From Paraphysomonas bandaiensis (Eukaryota > Protista > Chrysophyceae), in contig CBFFRP010000298.1 in the NCBI GenBank assembly GCA_965644295.1, forward strand, positions 124,001-188,000: 64,000 nt of DNA. The letters run 5' to 3'. This document shows, one piece after another, positions 12,686 to 29,196 of the stretch. The notes under the pieces were generated by a model. It saw nothing but the letters and a program-made list of their open reading frames with translations, did no database searches and had not been told where the DNA came from. Position 1 is the first letter of the stretch; every line of letters starts with the position of its first letter. The position numbers and the translations under genes were made by a program.

Positions 12686-13130
12686 AACGTATAGATTATT
12701 AATAAAAATCTCAGCATATTCTTTGTGTGTCGGCACCAAGAAAACTCTAGCTAGATCTGCACTATATATACTTGCATAGCCTATATGAGATTATGAGAAA
12801 CATCGCGCATTCTAGGGGAGGGGGGGGGCGGCCAAAGTCACACTAGACCTATACTGAGTCATGCATGGTCACGAGAAGTTCCGCGTAATCTTTGTTAGGT
12901 AATAATGGGATGGTACACATGGTCCTACTAGAATCTGCGCGAATTACATAAAAGTCATGCATAGTTATGAGAAATCCCGCGTATCTCAGCAAAGGTTAAC
13001 ACAGGTGGGGGGGTAACAGAATCTGTAAGTTGGTACACGGGTGGGTGGGTAGTCGAATCAGTTCTATATCTCGGTGTTTTAGGTGGTGTACAGCCAGCCT
13101 ACACTATGGCCACGCCCTCGGAATGGGGCA
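12686..13130. mobile_element. Left-truncated copy of the TGCCCC-ended MITE
   Basis: Highly similar to 36281-36756; ends tggccacgccctcggaatggggca. Confidence 0.8.
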
Positions 13131-13251
13131 TTTATCTCCATACACTCAATAAAGTTACATGACGAATATGAAGCTTCGTGGTATGAAGAAGGAGTAGAAG
13201 GTCTAGCAGCGGAAGAGAATTGTAAGCTTCATTTACTCTCGATACTCAGAT

Positions 13252-14682
13252 TCAGTTAGATATATCCAAGTGTCCACGCTCTGCAGCTTCCCTGCGACTC
13301 TCTTCATCCCATGGACACGGAGGGTCCTGTGAACGAAGCCATTTCAGAACATCCAAGTGCCCACGCACTGCAGCTGCCGTGCAACAATCTTCATTCCATG
13401 GACATGGAGGGTCCTGTGAACGAAGCCATTTCAGAACATCCAAATGCCCACGCACTGCAGCTACCCTGCAACTCTCTTCACCCCATGGACATGGAGGATC
13501 CTGGGAACGAAGCCATTTCACCACATCCAAGTGCCCTCCCATTGCAGCATTGCGACAAGCCCATGGATCCCATGGACATGGAGGGTCCTGGGAACGAAGC
13601 CATTTCACCACATCCAAGTGTCCTCCCATTGCAGCATTGCGACAAGCCCATGGATCCCATGGACATGGAGGGTCCTGTGAACGAAGCCACTTCACAACAT
13701 CCAAGTGCCCACGCTCTGCAGCACAAGCGCAAGTCGTAGCATCCCACGGACATGGAGGGTTCTGGGAACGAAGCCACTTCATAATATCCAAGTGTCCACG
13801 CTCTGCAGCATATGCGCAAGTCCTGGTATCCCACGGACATGGAGGGTCCTGTGAACGAAGCCACTTTAGAACATCCAAGTCTCCACACCTTACAGCGTTA
13901 AAACAAACACGTTCATTCCACGGACATGGGGGTTCCTGGGAACGAAGCCACTTCATAATATCCATGTGTCCACGCTCTGCAGCATATGCGCAAGTCCTGG
14001 TATCCCATGGACATGGGGGTTCCTGTGAACGAAGCCACTTTAGAACATCCAAGTCTCCACACCTTACAGCGTTAAAACAAACACGTTCATTCCACGGACA
14101 TGGAGGGTTCTGGGAACGAAGCCACTTCACAACATCCAAGTGTCCACGCTCTGCAGCATACGCGCAAGTCCTGGTATCCCATGGACATGGGGGTTCCTGG
14201 GAACGAAGCCAGATGAGAACATTCAAGTGTCCACGCTCTGCAGCAGAAGCACAAGTCATGGTATCCCATGGACATGGAGGGTCCTGTGAACGAAGCCAGA
14301 TGAGAACATTCAAGTGTCCACCTCTCGCTGCAGCATTGCAAGTCCGTATATCACATCTGTATGTGGGGTCCCGTGTATGTGTATGTGTGTATATGTGTAT
14401 CATCTGCTGTAGTCTGCCGTATAGTGCACATGTATTCATGAGGTGGGTGTGTGGGCAGCCCATAGCCAGAGCCCATGAGACCATTGAGTTGGTCATACAG
14501 TAGTGAGATGGAAGTGACTCAAGTCTCTCTCTGCTCTTATCTCTGCTCTCATCTCTGCTCTCAGCCATATCGTGAAGTCTCTTACAAGTCATGGCGACAG
14601 GAAGCAGAGCCGTGTGTGGGATCATAGAGACGATGAGACGAAGAACATCATCGTTAAGATCAGACAGAGTGATTTCATTCAT
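13252..14682 (-). CDS. F-box-like plus 12 tandem 29-aa ankyrin-like repeats (CxxAAxxGHLDVLKWLRSQDPPCPW), intronless
   Basis: 476-aa ORF. N-terminus LSDLNDDVLRLIVSMI..VAMTCKRLH is F-box-like; 87-nt repeat units. Confidence 0.85.
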   Translation of the reverse strand: MNEITLSDLNDDVLRLIVSMIPHTALLPVAMTCKRLHDMAESRDESRDKSRERLESLPSHYCMTNSMVSWALAMGCPHTHLMNTCALYGRLQQMIHIYTHTHTRDPTYRCDIRTCNAAARGGHLNVLIWLRSQDPPCPWDTMTCASAAERGHLNVLIWLRSQEPPCPWDTRTCAYAAERGHLDVVKWLRSQNPPCPWNERVCFNAVRCGDLDVLKWLRSQEPPCPWDTRTCAYAAERGHMDIMKWLRSQEPPCPWNERVCFNAVRCGDLDVLKWLRSQDPPCPWDTRTCAYAAERGHLDIMKWLRSQNPPCPWDATTCACAAERGHLDVVKWLRSQDPPCPWDPWACRNAAMGGHLDVVKWLRSQDPPCPWDPWACRNAAMGGHLDVVKWLRSQDPPCPWGEESCRVAAVRGHLDVLKWLRSQDPPCPWNEDCCTAAAVRGHLDVLKWLRSQDPPCPWDEESRREAAERGHLDISN

Positions 14683-14784
14683 AGTTTATATGAGGCTGAT
14701 AGAGTGGCCATACAGCAGACGACTATGAGATGAGTTCATGGGTGTATGTATGTATGTACAGTGTGGATGTGTGTCAAGATATCG

Positions 14785-14935
14785 CATCGGCATCCTTTGT
14801 ATATTTTTGTTCAAAGATGCCTCTAATATTGAGACAATAATTATATGTATTCCAGCCGTAGTTATACAGCAGTTATATAGAATATTTTTTCTTCATTTTA
14901 TTCCCGAAAAATAAGATGCTGACTGCTGATACGAT
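14785..14935. mobile_element. Single arm of the foldback MITE seen at 9401-9733
   Basis: Shares ggcatcctttgtatatttttgttcaaagatgcctctaatattgagac...aagatgctgactg. Confidence 0.8.
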
Positions 14936-15127
14936 CACGGAGAAGAAAGTGTTTCAGAGTTGGCCTATCGTTCTTTACGGGGAGCAAAGTTACCATATCA
15001 TAAAATCCAGAAACTAATTCGGAAAGTCGTAATATCAGTTCTAAAATCCTTAAAACACGGTATTTATTGCTGTGAGTTGTGAAATCTAGGACTAAAACCC
15101 ATAAAAATTTGTGTGTGTAGTGGTGGG

Positions 15128-15457
15128 TATGTATGTATGTATGTATGTATGTATGTATGTATGTATGTATGTATGTATGTATGTATGTATGTATGTATGT
15201 ATGTATGTAGGTATGTATGTATGTATGTAAGTATGTATGTATGTATGTATGTATGTATGTATGTATGTATGTATGTATGTATGTATGTATGTATGTATGT
15301 ACGTATGTATGTATGTATGTATGTATGTATGTATGTATGTATGTATGTATGTATGTATGTATGTATGTATGTATGTATGTATGTATGTATGTATGTATGT
15401 ATGTATGTATGTATGTATGTATGCATGTATGTATGTATATATGTATGTATGTATGTA
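15128..15457. repeat. (TATG)n microsatellite
   Basis: Direct reading. Confidence 0.98.
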
Positions 15458-15628
15458 GGTATGATTGTGTCTCTGGTTTGTATAGTAAACGCAATTATTC
15501 CTCCTGAACCAATCGAGTATCCTGTGAACAAAGTTATACCACGACTGTGCTCTTCTAACTTTTTGAATGATTCGTATGCACTGCCTATATGTATATTTCC
15601 ATGCATATAACTGTGATTGAACGTAACA

Positions 15629-16020
15629 ATGTATCAATATCGGTCTTTTATACGTTCATTTAGTTTAAGACGGCAAGCATCTACTTCATCAAGTCCATAC
15701 GAATCATTCAAAAGTTAGAAGAGCACAGTCGTGGTATAACTTTGTTCACAGGATACTCGATAGGTTTAGGAGGAATAATTGCGTTTACTATACAAACCAG
15801 AGATACAATTAAGCTCAACGAAGAGATTGCGAAGAGAGATGTTGAGATGGCACAGACGATTGCGAAGAAAGATGTTGAGGCGGCGAAGATAGATGTTGAG
15901 CTCAGAGCTCTTAAAAATTTGCTTCTATATGGCCAGAGCGAAGAGTTTAGAAGCATGAGAGAATCATGTGCCAGCCGCGAAATGGATGAGGCGTCGACGG
16001 ATAAGACGGAAAAAAAGTAG
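15629..16020 (+). CDS. Small single-pass membrane coiled-coil protein with a possible mitochondrial presequence; 1-nt frameshift at ~15710-15713
   Basis: ATG 15629 gives MYQYRSFIRSFSLRRQASTSSS (Arg/Ser-rich, no acidic residues). The A4 run here is A5 in the inverted copy, which restores FKKLEEHSRGITLFTGYSIG into ORF 15742-16020. Confidence 0.55.
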
Positions 16021-16636
16021 CAAATCCAAGACACTTGCCTTCACAATATAGCGTGCTTTGTTTAATCGAATATTTAGATATTCTTTTTTTTCTTCTTTTT
16101 CACTATTTTCTGGCAGTTTGCAGCGGGTAATATTTAGTATTCGGTTCACCCACAACCAAGTAACACAATATTCATAAGTGGCCATCGTAGCTAAATGAAG
16201 CTAAAATCGTTCCCATCGTAATTTATTTGACACAATCATTTGATTTTTTATTTGTCTCCTTAAATGTTAATCAGGGAACACCTATTTTCTCTAGTTCCCG
16301 CAAGCTATGCATTCTAGATATTATGTTTTCAGTATCATGAGAATAAGCTACAATTTAACCTAGGGATAAGGATTTTCGTCTCTTGTCGAAATTTTAAAAC
16401 TCAGGCTCTGCGTCTACTTATAAACCATAACTATAGCTTAAGATATTAGAATGATGCGACAATGATGCTGTTGCCTACTTCGGTTAATGCATACCTTGTT
16501 GAGAAACGCTCATCCTTGACTTAGTATTGACTATTAACCGTTTTCAGACAATGAAGATCGTTTTAAGAGAAGTTAAAGTTAATCAAACTAGATAGATTAT
16601 GTTATCAGAATTGTATACATAATTGTGTGCGTTGTC

Positions 16637-16846
16637 AAGTAAAACTCATTAACAACATGATAATATACTTTGTTCATGTCATCCACTGATCAACTTCCGT
16701 ATCTTGTAGAGTCGTGGTACAATACTTCAGTTTCACAGTTATAGCTATATAATAATAATATTGTTGTATTCACCGTATTCTATGGAAATATCTTAGAGAG
16801 ACATACGTATTCCAACGCTAACGTGCGTATTCCAACACTCCCACTC
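16637..16846 (-). mobile_element. Copia-type PPT plus LTR start (third family)
   Basis: Minus strand reads gagtgggag-TGTTGGA from 16846. 16637-16779 is repeated inverted at ~36757-36899. Confidence 0.6.
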
Positions 16847-17162
16847 AATGTAGAAACGGATAATCGTCATAATACTCAAGCTATACATATTTTCTAAATA
16901 TCTAGTCATAACATAGGATAAAAAGCGGATGTGATATCTTCACAAGATACTGCGCCCATCACTCCTCGCTGTAACACAGTTATGTGGGATTCTTACCCAC
17001 TGAAACACACCCTTAACCTTTCTAGCAAAGAGTTCGCTCAGTAAATTTTAAAATTCTGATCGTTTACCCACAAACAGCATTTTCTACAAGATAATTGAAA
17101 GTTTATTATTATTCACACACTGAATACAAAAGAATACAACAACACAATTTGTTTACTTAAGT

Positions 17163-17825
17163 TAGCATATATTTCGTTTTTTACCTATGAAATATACACC
17201 AGTGAAGTTTCTACCATTTACACTAAATGACCTCACATCTTTACCTCGCTTCTCATAACGAGAATCAAACCCAGATAAAAAAGAATCAACTACACTCTCC
17301 CGAATACGTATAGGGTGTAGTAATGCATCTAAGTCAAGTACATCAAGAGGAGTGTAATTATCCCACCACCAGTTCCGCCAGGCTTTAAAGCGTTGTACGT
17401 ATTGCGCAGTATTTTCACTGCGTTCTCCACATGCTCCAGAACATTCACAATAATCAGAGCGTCAAAAAAATGCTCGGCTCCAGCGTTGATAATTGTTGCC
17501 CCGTCAGGAGCAATGTTATTCACTCGACCCGTTCTATAGGGACAGCTCTTGACATGTGCCGCGTAGCTAAGTGCATTAGGATCCAGCAGCACATACCGTG
17601 ATACACTATAATTACGTTCTTGAAGCATACCTAATGACTGCGTCCAAGACCAGCACCAACTGCCATCTGGAGCCACTGCTTTATAGACGAATCGACATCG
17701 ATGGATGCAGTGTCCCACAAAGCAGTCTCTGCTTCACGAGCAAGATTCCAGCGACTAGGAGACACAGTCCATACACCATCAGACTATGCATTGATGTCCT
17801 CTTGTATGTCCCTTTTCAATTCTTA
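17163..17825 (-). pseudogene. Class I SAM-dependent methyltransferase-like pseudogene
   Basis: Pieces in different frames: VSPSRWNLAREAETALW, VGAG/WTQ, FDALIIVNVLEHVENAVKILRNTYNALKPGG, HPIRIR...GVYFIGKK. Stops and frameshifts present. Confidence 0.65.
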
Positions 17826-18152
17826 TATTCGAATCTTTCTATCCATATATGGATACATGATGAAGTATACACTCAGGTGAACAGATTGATACATACATGT
17901 ATATATGTAGCTAATATCTATAGGAATCTACTGTATGACTAGAATACATCGTATTCGATATGGTATACAGTGATTGGTGATGGGTGATGGGATATGATAG
18001 AGCGGATATGGGCCACGCCATATATGCTATATTAGGATATATAGAGTGCATTATATAGCGGGAAAACCATACGTGCTCTGTACTTTGTATGAAAAGTCTC
18101 ATACCATACCACTGCACATATACCTACGTACCTACCTACATACATACCTACA

Positions 18153-18428
18153 TGTATGTATGTATGTATGTATGTATGTATGTATGTATGTATGTATGTA
18201 TGTATGTATGTATGTATGTATGTATGTATGTATGTATGTATGTATGTATGTATGTATGTATGTATGTATGTATGTATGTATGTATGTATGTATGTATGTA
18301 TGTATGTATGTATGTATGTTTGTATGTATGTATGTATGTATGTATGTATGTATGTATGTATGTATGTATGTATGTATGTATGTATGTATGTATGTATGTA
18401 TGTATGTATGTATATGTATGTATGTATG

Positions 18429-18462
<34 letters not shown>

Positions 18463-18881
18463 TGTATGTATGTATGTATGTATGTATGTATGTATGTATG
18501 TATGTATGTATGTATGTATGTATGTATGTATGTATGTATGTATGTATGTATGTATGTATGTATGTATGTATGTATGTATGTATGTATGTATGTATGTATG
18601 TATGTATGTATGTATGTATGCATGTGTATGTATGTATGTATGTATGTATGTATGTATGTATGTATGTATGTATGTATGTATGTATGTATGTATGTATGTA
18701 TGTATGTATGTATGTATGTATGTATGTATGTATGTATGTATGTATGTATGTATGTGTATGTATGTATGTATGTATGTATGTATGTATGTATGTATGTATG
18801 TATGTATGTATGTATGTATGTATGTATGTATGTATGTATGTATGTATGTATGTATGTATGTATGTATGTATGTATGTATGT
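18153..18881. repeat. (TATG)n microsatellite, ~730 bp
   Basis: Direct reading. Confidence 0.98.
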
Positions 18882-18939
18882 GTGGGTGGTGTATTTGGCT
18901 CTGGTTTGTGGGTTTGTTAGTTAGTGTGTTGAGTTGAGT

Positions 18940-20530
18940 ATGAATTTTAACAGGTTAGGTAAGCGTTTTTTCTCCTCGGCATCAGGTCGTCGAGTGGTTC
19001 TTGTTGATGGGTGCAGGATCCCCTTCACTCTGGCGGGGTCTGCTTATAAGGATCTGCTGGCTGTTGATTTGGGTGAGCGCGTTTGTTGTGTTGTCTCTAT
19101 CGGGTGTAACGGGTGCACAGGGAGGCTTGCTATGAAGGGCATCTTGACCAAGACAGCTCTTGACCCGAACCTGGTGAGTGTGTGTGTATGTTGCGTGTGT
19201 ATGTATGTACAGCTGCGTGTGTATGCTGTGAGTGTGTGTACAGCTGTGTATGTATGTGTATATGTGCAGGTATGTTATATGCTGATCTATTCGTATATGT
19301 CAGATCGACTATATCTTTTATGGCACTGTCATTCAAGAGCCAAGAACCAGTAACATTGCTAGAGAGGCTGCTCTGGGAGCGGGCATCCCCCTCTCAGTAC
19401 CGTAAGTAGACTGGGGTACTTGTTTCGTTTCTCACTCCCGCTCATAGATCCCACACCGTCACTCAAGCTTGCATATCTGCCAACCAGGTGGGTTATTGTT
19501 TACTTGAATAGTGTATGCATTAATCAATTCATAGGCGATCACCACTGGTGCTGAAAAAATTTTGAGCGGTCAGGCGGACATCGTCCTCGCCGGGGGATGC
19601 GAGACCTTCTCTGATGTTCCTATTCGCTTTTCCAAGCCCGTTCGCCAACGCCTGCTTCAAGCACAGAAAGTGATGAAGAAAGGTACCATGGCTGCTCTAG
19701 GTCTGCTTAAAGGACTTAGTCTGAAAGACTTGGCACCGGAAGCCCCTGCTATAGCGAACTACACCACTGGTGAGGTAATGGGTCACTCGAGCGATCGGCT
19801 TTCAGCTAGATTCGGGATTTCCAGGCGGGACCAGGATGAATTTACAGTTAGATCTCACCAACTTGCCGCAAAAGCCCACGCTGATGGGCTGTACGAAGAC
19901 GAGCTAATCCCAGTGGACGGGTCCTGTGAGGAAAATGGAATCAAGGGCGACAGTACTGTGGAGAAGGTGTCGAAGCTGTCCCCCGCCTTCATAAAGCCAC
20001 ATGGTACACATACGGCTGCGAACTCTTCCTTTCTTACCGATGGGGCCTCTGCAACTCTCCTCATGTCAGAGGAACGTGCGCTGCAGCTAGGCTTCACGCC
20101 TAAAGCCTACTTACGTGCGTGGACCTACGTGGCTTCCGATCCATTTGAGGAGCTCCTGTTGGGACCCACTTACGCCACACACAAGGTCCTGAGGTCCTCT
20201 GGACTCACTTTAAAGGACATAGATGTCATCGAGATTCACGAGGCGTTTGCTGGACAGGTTTTATCTAATTTGACCGCAATGGCGTCACCTTCATTTGCCG
20301 AGAAAAGTTTACCGGACGGAAAGCCTGTGGGGGAAATTGACATGAGCAAGATGAACACTCTAGGTGGGTCCCTTTCTCTTGGACATCCATTTGGAGCTAC
20401 AGGTGCGAGACTTGCTACAACAGCAGCTAATCGATTGCAGCGTGAGGAGAAGCAGTTTGCATTGCTCACTGCCTGTGCGGACGGAGGATTGGCACATGCC
20501 GCAATCCTGGAGCGTTATGACGCGAAGTAA
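18940..20530 (+). CDS. HADHB: 3-ketoacyl-CoA thiolase, mitochondrial trifunctional enzyme beta-subunit-like (about 5 exons)
   Basis: Presequence [13 protein letters not shown]; motifs [33 protein letters not shown] and DVPIRFSK. Confidence 0.9.
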
Positions 20531-21004
20531 ATTTGGATAATTGGTTGTCAGATGCGGTGCTAACGCTCATTGACCTGTCATTGTTTTGTCATCTCAGTCT
20601 AACGCCCGCGGCGTATCGTGAAATTTCGTAATAATTGCTAAGATAGGCTTTTAATTCTTTGATTTGCTGTGTTCGCTTTACTTATTACATATTTATTGAC
20701 TATAGCTTCAGTAGAACTGTCACAGGCTAATGATTTCACTGAAAAATACCCTGCAATATACTTCAAGCGACCAATAACCTCCATTTTATTCTCTACCTGT
20801 ATCCACTGGTTTTCAGGGCTGAGTAACACTTAAATGCCAATCATTGTATTGCAACAATTGAAATATATGCAATACTATCAACTTGATGCTGACTGCTGGC
20901 AAAGTATACTTGAAGTCTTGAAGTGCGTAAATGAGTTACTTAAGTCAGCAGATGTCAGGTATATATCAACATTATGCTTGCTCATGGCGTTTGCTTTGAC
21001 GGAG

Positions 21005-21387
21005 GTGGTTGCACCTTGGTGCTTGCGGCGACGCACATACAGCTCTTGTAGCATTATAAGGCAGGATACTAGAGTTTGTACGTTTGTACTAGTTAGTTAC
21101 AGGTAGAGAGGTCGATCTATCTTGACTAGTTTTCATCTAGCTATCAAGCTGGCGCTGTTTCTTAACGCCTATTCCTAATAACAAGACTTTCACTGGCTTG
21201 TAAGAGTCAGAACTAATGTAGCAACACAATTTAACTAACTAGTGCTTTACTCTTATATTCTATATAATATAAGAATGTCTGATTATTACATGAGAACGGT
21301 TGTGTACAGAAACTTGTTTCTTATATCCTACTATTTAGCGCTACGAATGCTGTTTGTGCGTCACCACAAGCACCAAGGTGCAACCAC
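21005..21387. mobile_element. MITE with TIR gtggttgcaccttggtgcttg
   Basis: 21-bp perfect terminal inverted repeat extending imperfectly to ~60 bp. A related arm lies at ~5215-5386. Confidence 0.7.
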
Positions 21388-22279
21388 TTTCGCTCTCTGT
21401 CCTTAAGAGGTGAACTCAGCAGGCAGCCCAAAACACCCCTGATGCCCTTGAGGTGGACCCATTCCCGGATGCCTGTTTATTCGTCAAGGCCCAATGACGT
21501 CTAGCATTATATGAGATGTATTAACCTAACAACAGAAGGTAAACTTATACTCAATGCTGAGAATTATAAATTATAATTAATATCTCTTATCATTCATCAA
21601 TTTCATGTTGTCTGTAAGTCTGTACTACCACTCATTTCTCGTACGATCTTTACTTCATCACTACAACTTGCATCGTCACTATATTCTATATTCCGTTTTC
21701 CGTTTTCCGTTTCACTACTGCATATTTATCGTCATTCATTCTCACAGTACGATTAGCAAGAGTACAACTGTAATTTAAAATTTAAAAGCCTTATAGCTAC
21801 AGCTTTCAATTGCTCTCATATAGTTGAGCTCAATATGTACATTCAGATATATCTTGTATAGATTAGAGATGTGGTCGACTATAAAAATGTTTATAATAAA
21901 AATATCATAATGTGTATATCAAGATTAGGATGATTGTTGTGACTCTATCTAGTCGAAGTGTGAGACTAGTGCAGCTGATGGAATTACTCAACAAATCGTA
22001 TGTATGGAGGTGTATAGTGTAGAGGCCCTCAATACCCCAGCTTGCTAGATACTGTATACTGCAATAGTTCAGATATAAATTTCATTTGTATTAATAGCAT
22101 GTGATAAATTTCACCAAGTTTGATCGAGTGCTACCTTCAAGGTATAGCATCATATCTAATACACTTAGAGTTAAAAAGGGTGCCTATACTAAGTTTTATG
22201 GTCGCAGCTACTGTGGGATAAATTTGAAGCACTTTTTGCTCTAGTATGCTGATAATGTTATTCTATATACATTGCAAGG

Positions 22280-24304
22280 TTAGAGAGATTCAAATTTCCC
22301 TTTACCTGCAGCAATGAGGGTCTGCAAATCAACGTGAACAGAAGGCGCCGCCTTATGAGCGTTGTACTGCACTTCATGACGTGGGCGCTTCGTTGCACTT
22401 CCACATGTGTTGTCTGTGTCTCCAGCATTATCTTTCCTGCAATTACCAGCGTGTGGTGGAGGGGGAGCCTGACGACAACCCTTATAATTATTACCGCCTG
22501 TTTGATGTCTCTTGGTGAAAGGATTTACATTTTCCGACATGTTTTCTTCAGATATTTTTTTATTCACGAGATAGTTTCTGTAGAAAGCACTTGGCTGGGT
22601 ATGAGTTTCACTTGTCTTTGGTTTTTGCCGATTTCCCAATAAACCTGCAGCTTCTGCAGTCATAAGACGAGGTTTCCCAAGAAGTTCTCGAGCTCGTGCC
22701 ACTCCGGCTGAAAAATCATCCTTTTGTTCACTAGTATCATTATATATAGTAAACGGGGCGGCTCTAGGCTGGGTGTCACATTCTTCTTGTAACGACATTC
22801 TCCGATCACCATCATCATCACTATCACACTCTTCCAGATTAACCTCCATCGGCGCACTGCTGGTGCGCCGAATTGGATAGGCTTGTTCCGAACGCTGAGA
22901 TCTACTTTCTCTAGCTATCAAACTTTTTTCCCGAGCTAATAACTGAGCTTCCTGAGTTTTGATCTTTTCTTCACGAGACTGTAGGGACTCCTCCCAAGCT
23001 CGAAGTTCTCGCCACTTGGCCGAGTACGACTGAAAAAAGCACCAATGTCGATTAAATTGCTACTAAAAAGCATACATACAAACCTGATGGAGTTGTGCCT
23101 CTTTAACGATGACATTCGCTTGACGGAGAGCAGACTGAATAAGTGTTACTGTTGAAGAAGTGGAAATTGTATATGTACCTGGAGGGCGGGAAGTGCCTCA
23201 ATTTCCTCAATCCGTGGACGCCGTGAAGAGTCAACCAGGAGCATACTCTTGATTGCAGCATTGAGGTCTTCAGAATACTTGTTCGGTATACGATGAAATC
23301 GTCCAGCATTTATCTTGACAGCTAAAGAAAGCTGATTGGATGCGTCAAAGGGAGGGCGTAATGCCGCCAGCTCGTACAGCAAGCAACCCACAGACCTGCA
23401 TATAAACCAATAGATTAGGGAAGCGGACATCGACAGTCACACTGCAATTTACCAAATATCGGATCGCTCGTCGTATTTCTTCCCATTAATGAGTTCTGGT
23501 GACATATAAAATGGAGTACCGACGTTGGTCTTGGCCAGTTTACTGCCACTGCTTAGTTCCTTGGCCAGACCAAAGTCACCGATCTTCAAATTCTCATTTT
23601 GATCGAGCATTATATTAGCAGGTTTAAGATCTCTATGCAAAATAGGACGGCATTCTCCGTTTTCAGTTCTTCTATGACAATCCTGTAATGACAATGGGGG
23701 TTACTACATCACCCAATTTGGTAGTCACCGAACTACCTTCAGTGCTATGACAATCTGTGCGAGAACTTTCCATATTATGGCCTCATCCAAATTAACCCTA
23801 ATCGTATAGTCAGTATATTTACTCCTGCGATTGGTTAGAGTGTCACCTGTCTCTCTTGCACTTACGAATAATTCGTCCCAAATCTCCTCCTGAGCAGTGT
23901 TCCATAACGATATATAGCCTGAAGAAGATGAGACACAAGAGCACAAGAGTGCATAACATACCGTGTTGTTTTCTTGTCGACAATTCTATCGTAGTATCTG
24001 ACGATGAACGGATTGCGGAGCTCCCGAAGAATATTTACCTGAAAGCGAATGAGATCTCTGCACATATACACACAACTGCACTGTACTTCTGCAACAAGTT
24101 GCTGCTTCTCGTGTTCGTTCATCGATCCGTAATTCAGTTCTTTCCAAACTAGAATCTGTTGATATTGTTAGTATGGGTAGATCTATGTGTGTATGTGTGT
24201 ATGGGGTGTGGGGCACTTGCCTTGTCGTCTGCTTTTCTTCTTATTTTGCAAACTTTACCGAATGCACCAGTGCCGATAGTCTCCAGCACATCGTATTGAT
24301 CCAT
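22280..24304 (-). CDS. NIMA-related (NEK2-like) Ser/Thr kinase, multi-exon
   Basis: [50 protein letters not shown], followed by a coiled coil and disordered tail. Confidence 0.92.
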
Positions 24305-24804
24305 TCTTGCCACACAGCAGTGACTTCTAGTGGCTTTATCTTAACTTTAATGTGGTAGATAGCTGTGTGCAATAGACTGACAGGCGAGTGAGTTCGACAG
24401 ACATGCTCGCATCAACTGCATCAACTCAGTGCTGATTTCAACGGTCACTTTCATCTCTGCTGATGATGATGGCGCCCGTAGTATCGCCCTACAGTGTATT
24501 TGGTAGTGCAATACAGTACAGTACGTACAGAGTGCTGATGATGGCGCACGTAGTATAGCCCTACAGTGTATTTGGTAGTGCAGTGCAGCAGTATGGTACG
24601 TACAGAGTGCTGATGATGATGTCTATATCGAACTGCTTTTCAAAATTCGAATACGTATAAGTGCACTGTATTACTGCGGTATACACCGTATACATTGTTA
24701 CTGGGATCTACTGATAGCATCATGGTACTTCTATCAGTCCAGTGCTGAAGCCCACATAGCTCAGCAGCATCGCATCGCATCGCATCGTCTAGCTATCAGT
24801 GACA

Positions 24805-28775
<3,971 letters not shown>

Positions 28776-29196
28776 CTTGAGTTAATATTTCTAAATAGCG
28801 TTAATTTCTATGTATCAATGGATATGAAATTTGTTTCCGTAAGTGAATAATAGCGAGTTAGTCTTACATCAATCAATGCGTTTCCGGCTGATGTACAGCG
28901 TCTTAGTTGTGAAATGAGTACATACGCTCTAGGTAATATTGTGATAATAAATTATGCGGTAAGTGATAATCATCTGTTCTAATTTGCATACATATTGACT
29001 TCGAACTAACCAGGTATGATGCCGTATTAATTGTCAAGAAAATAGTTTTTCTGAACATAACTAATATCGGCAGTTTGTGTCCGCTGAGCACAACACAGTA
29101 ACATATATTTTCCCGCACGAAAAATAAAATAAAAAGATAACAATTTACTGTCTCTGTCTTAATTATACAATATGACCGATGAATGTATGACCACAA

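Noticed and set aside
13311-14503. His/Gly-rich antisense ORFs (374 aa and others)
   Set aside because: Shadow frames of the repetitive ankyrin-like gene.
14898-15637. ORFs of HTYI / MYVC repeats
   Set aside because: Translations of the stop-free (TATG)n microsatellite.
18046-18937. Long MYVC-repeat ORFs
   Set aside because: Microsatellite artefact.
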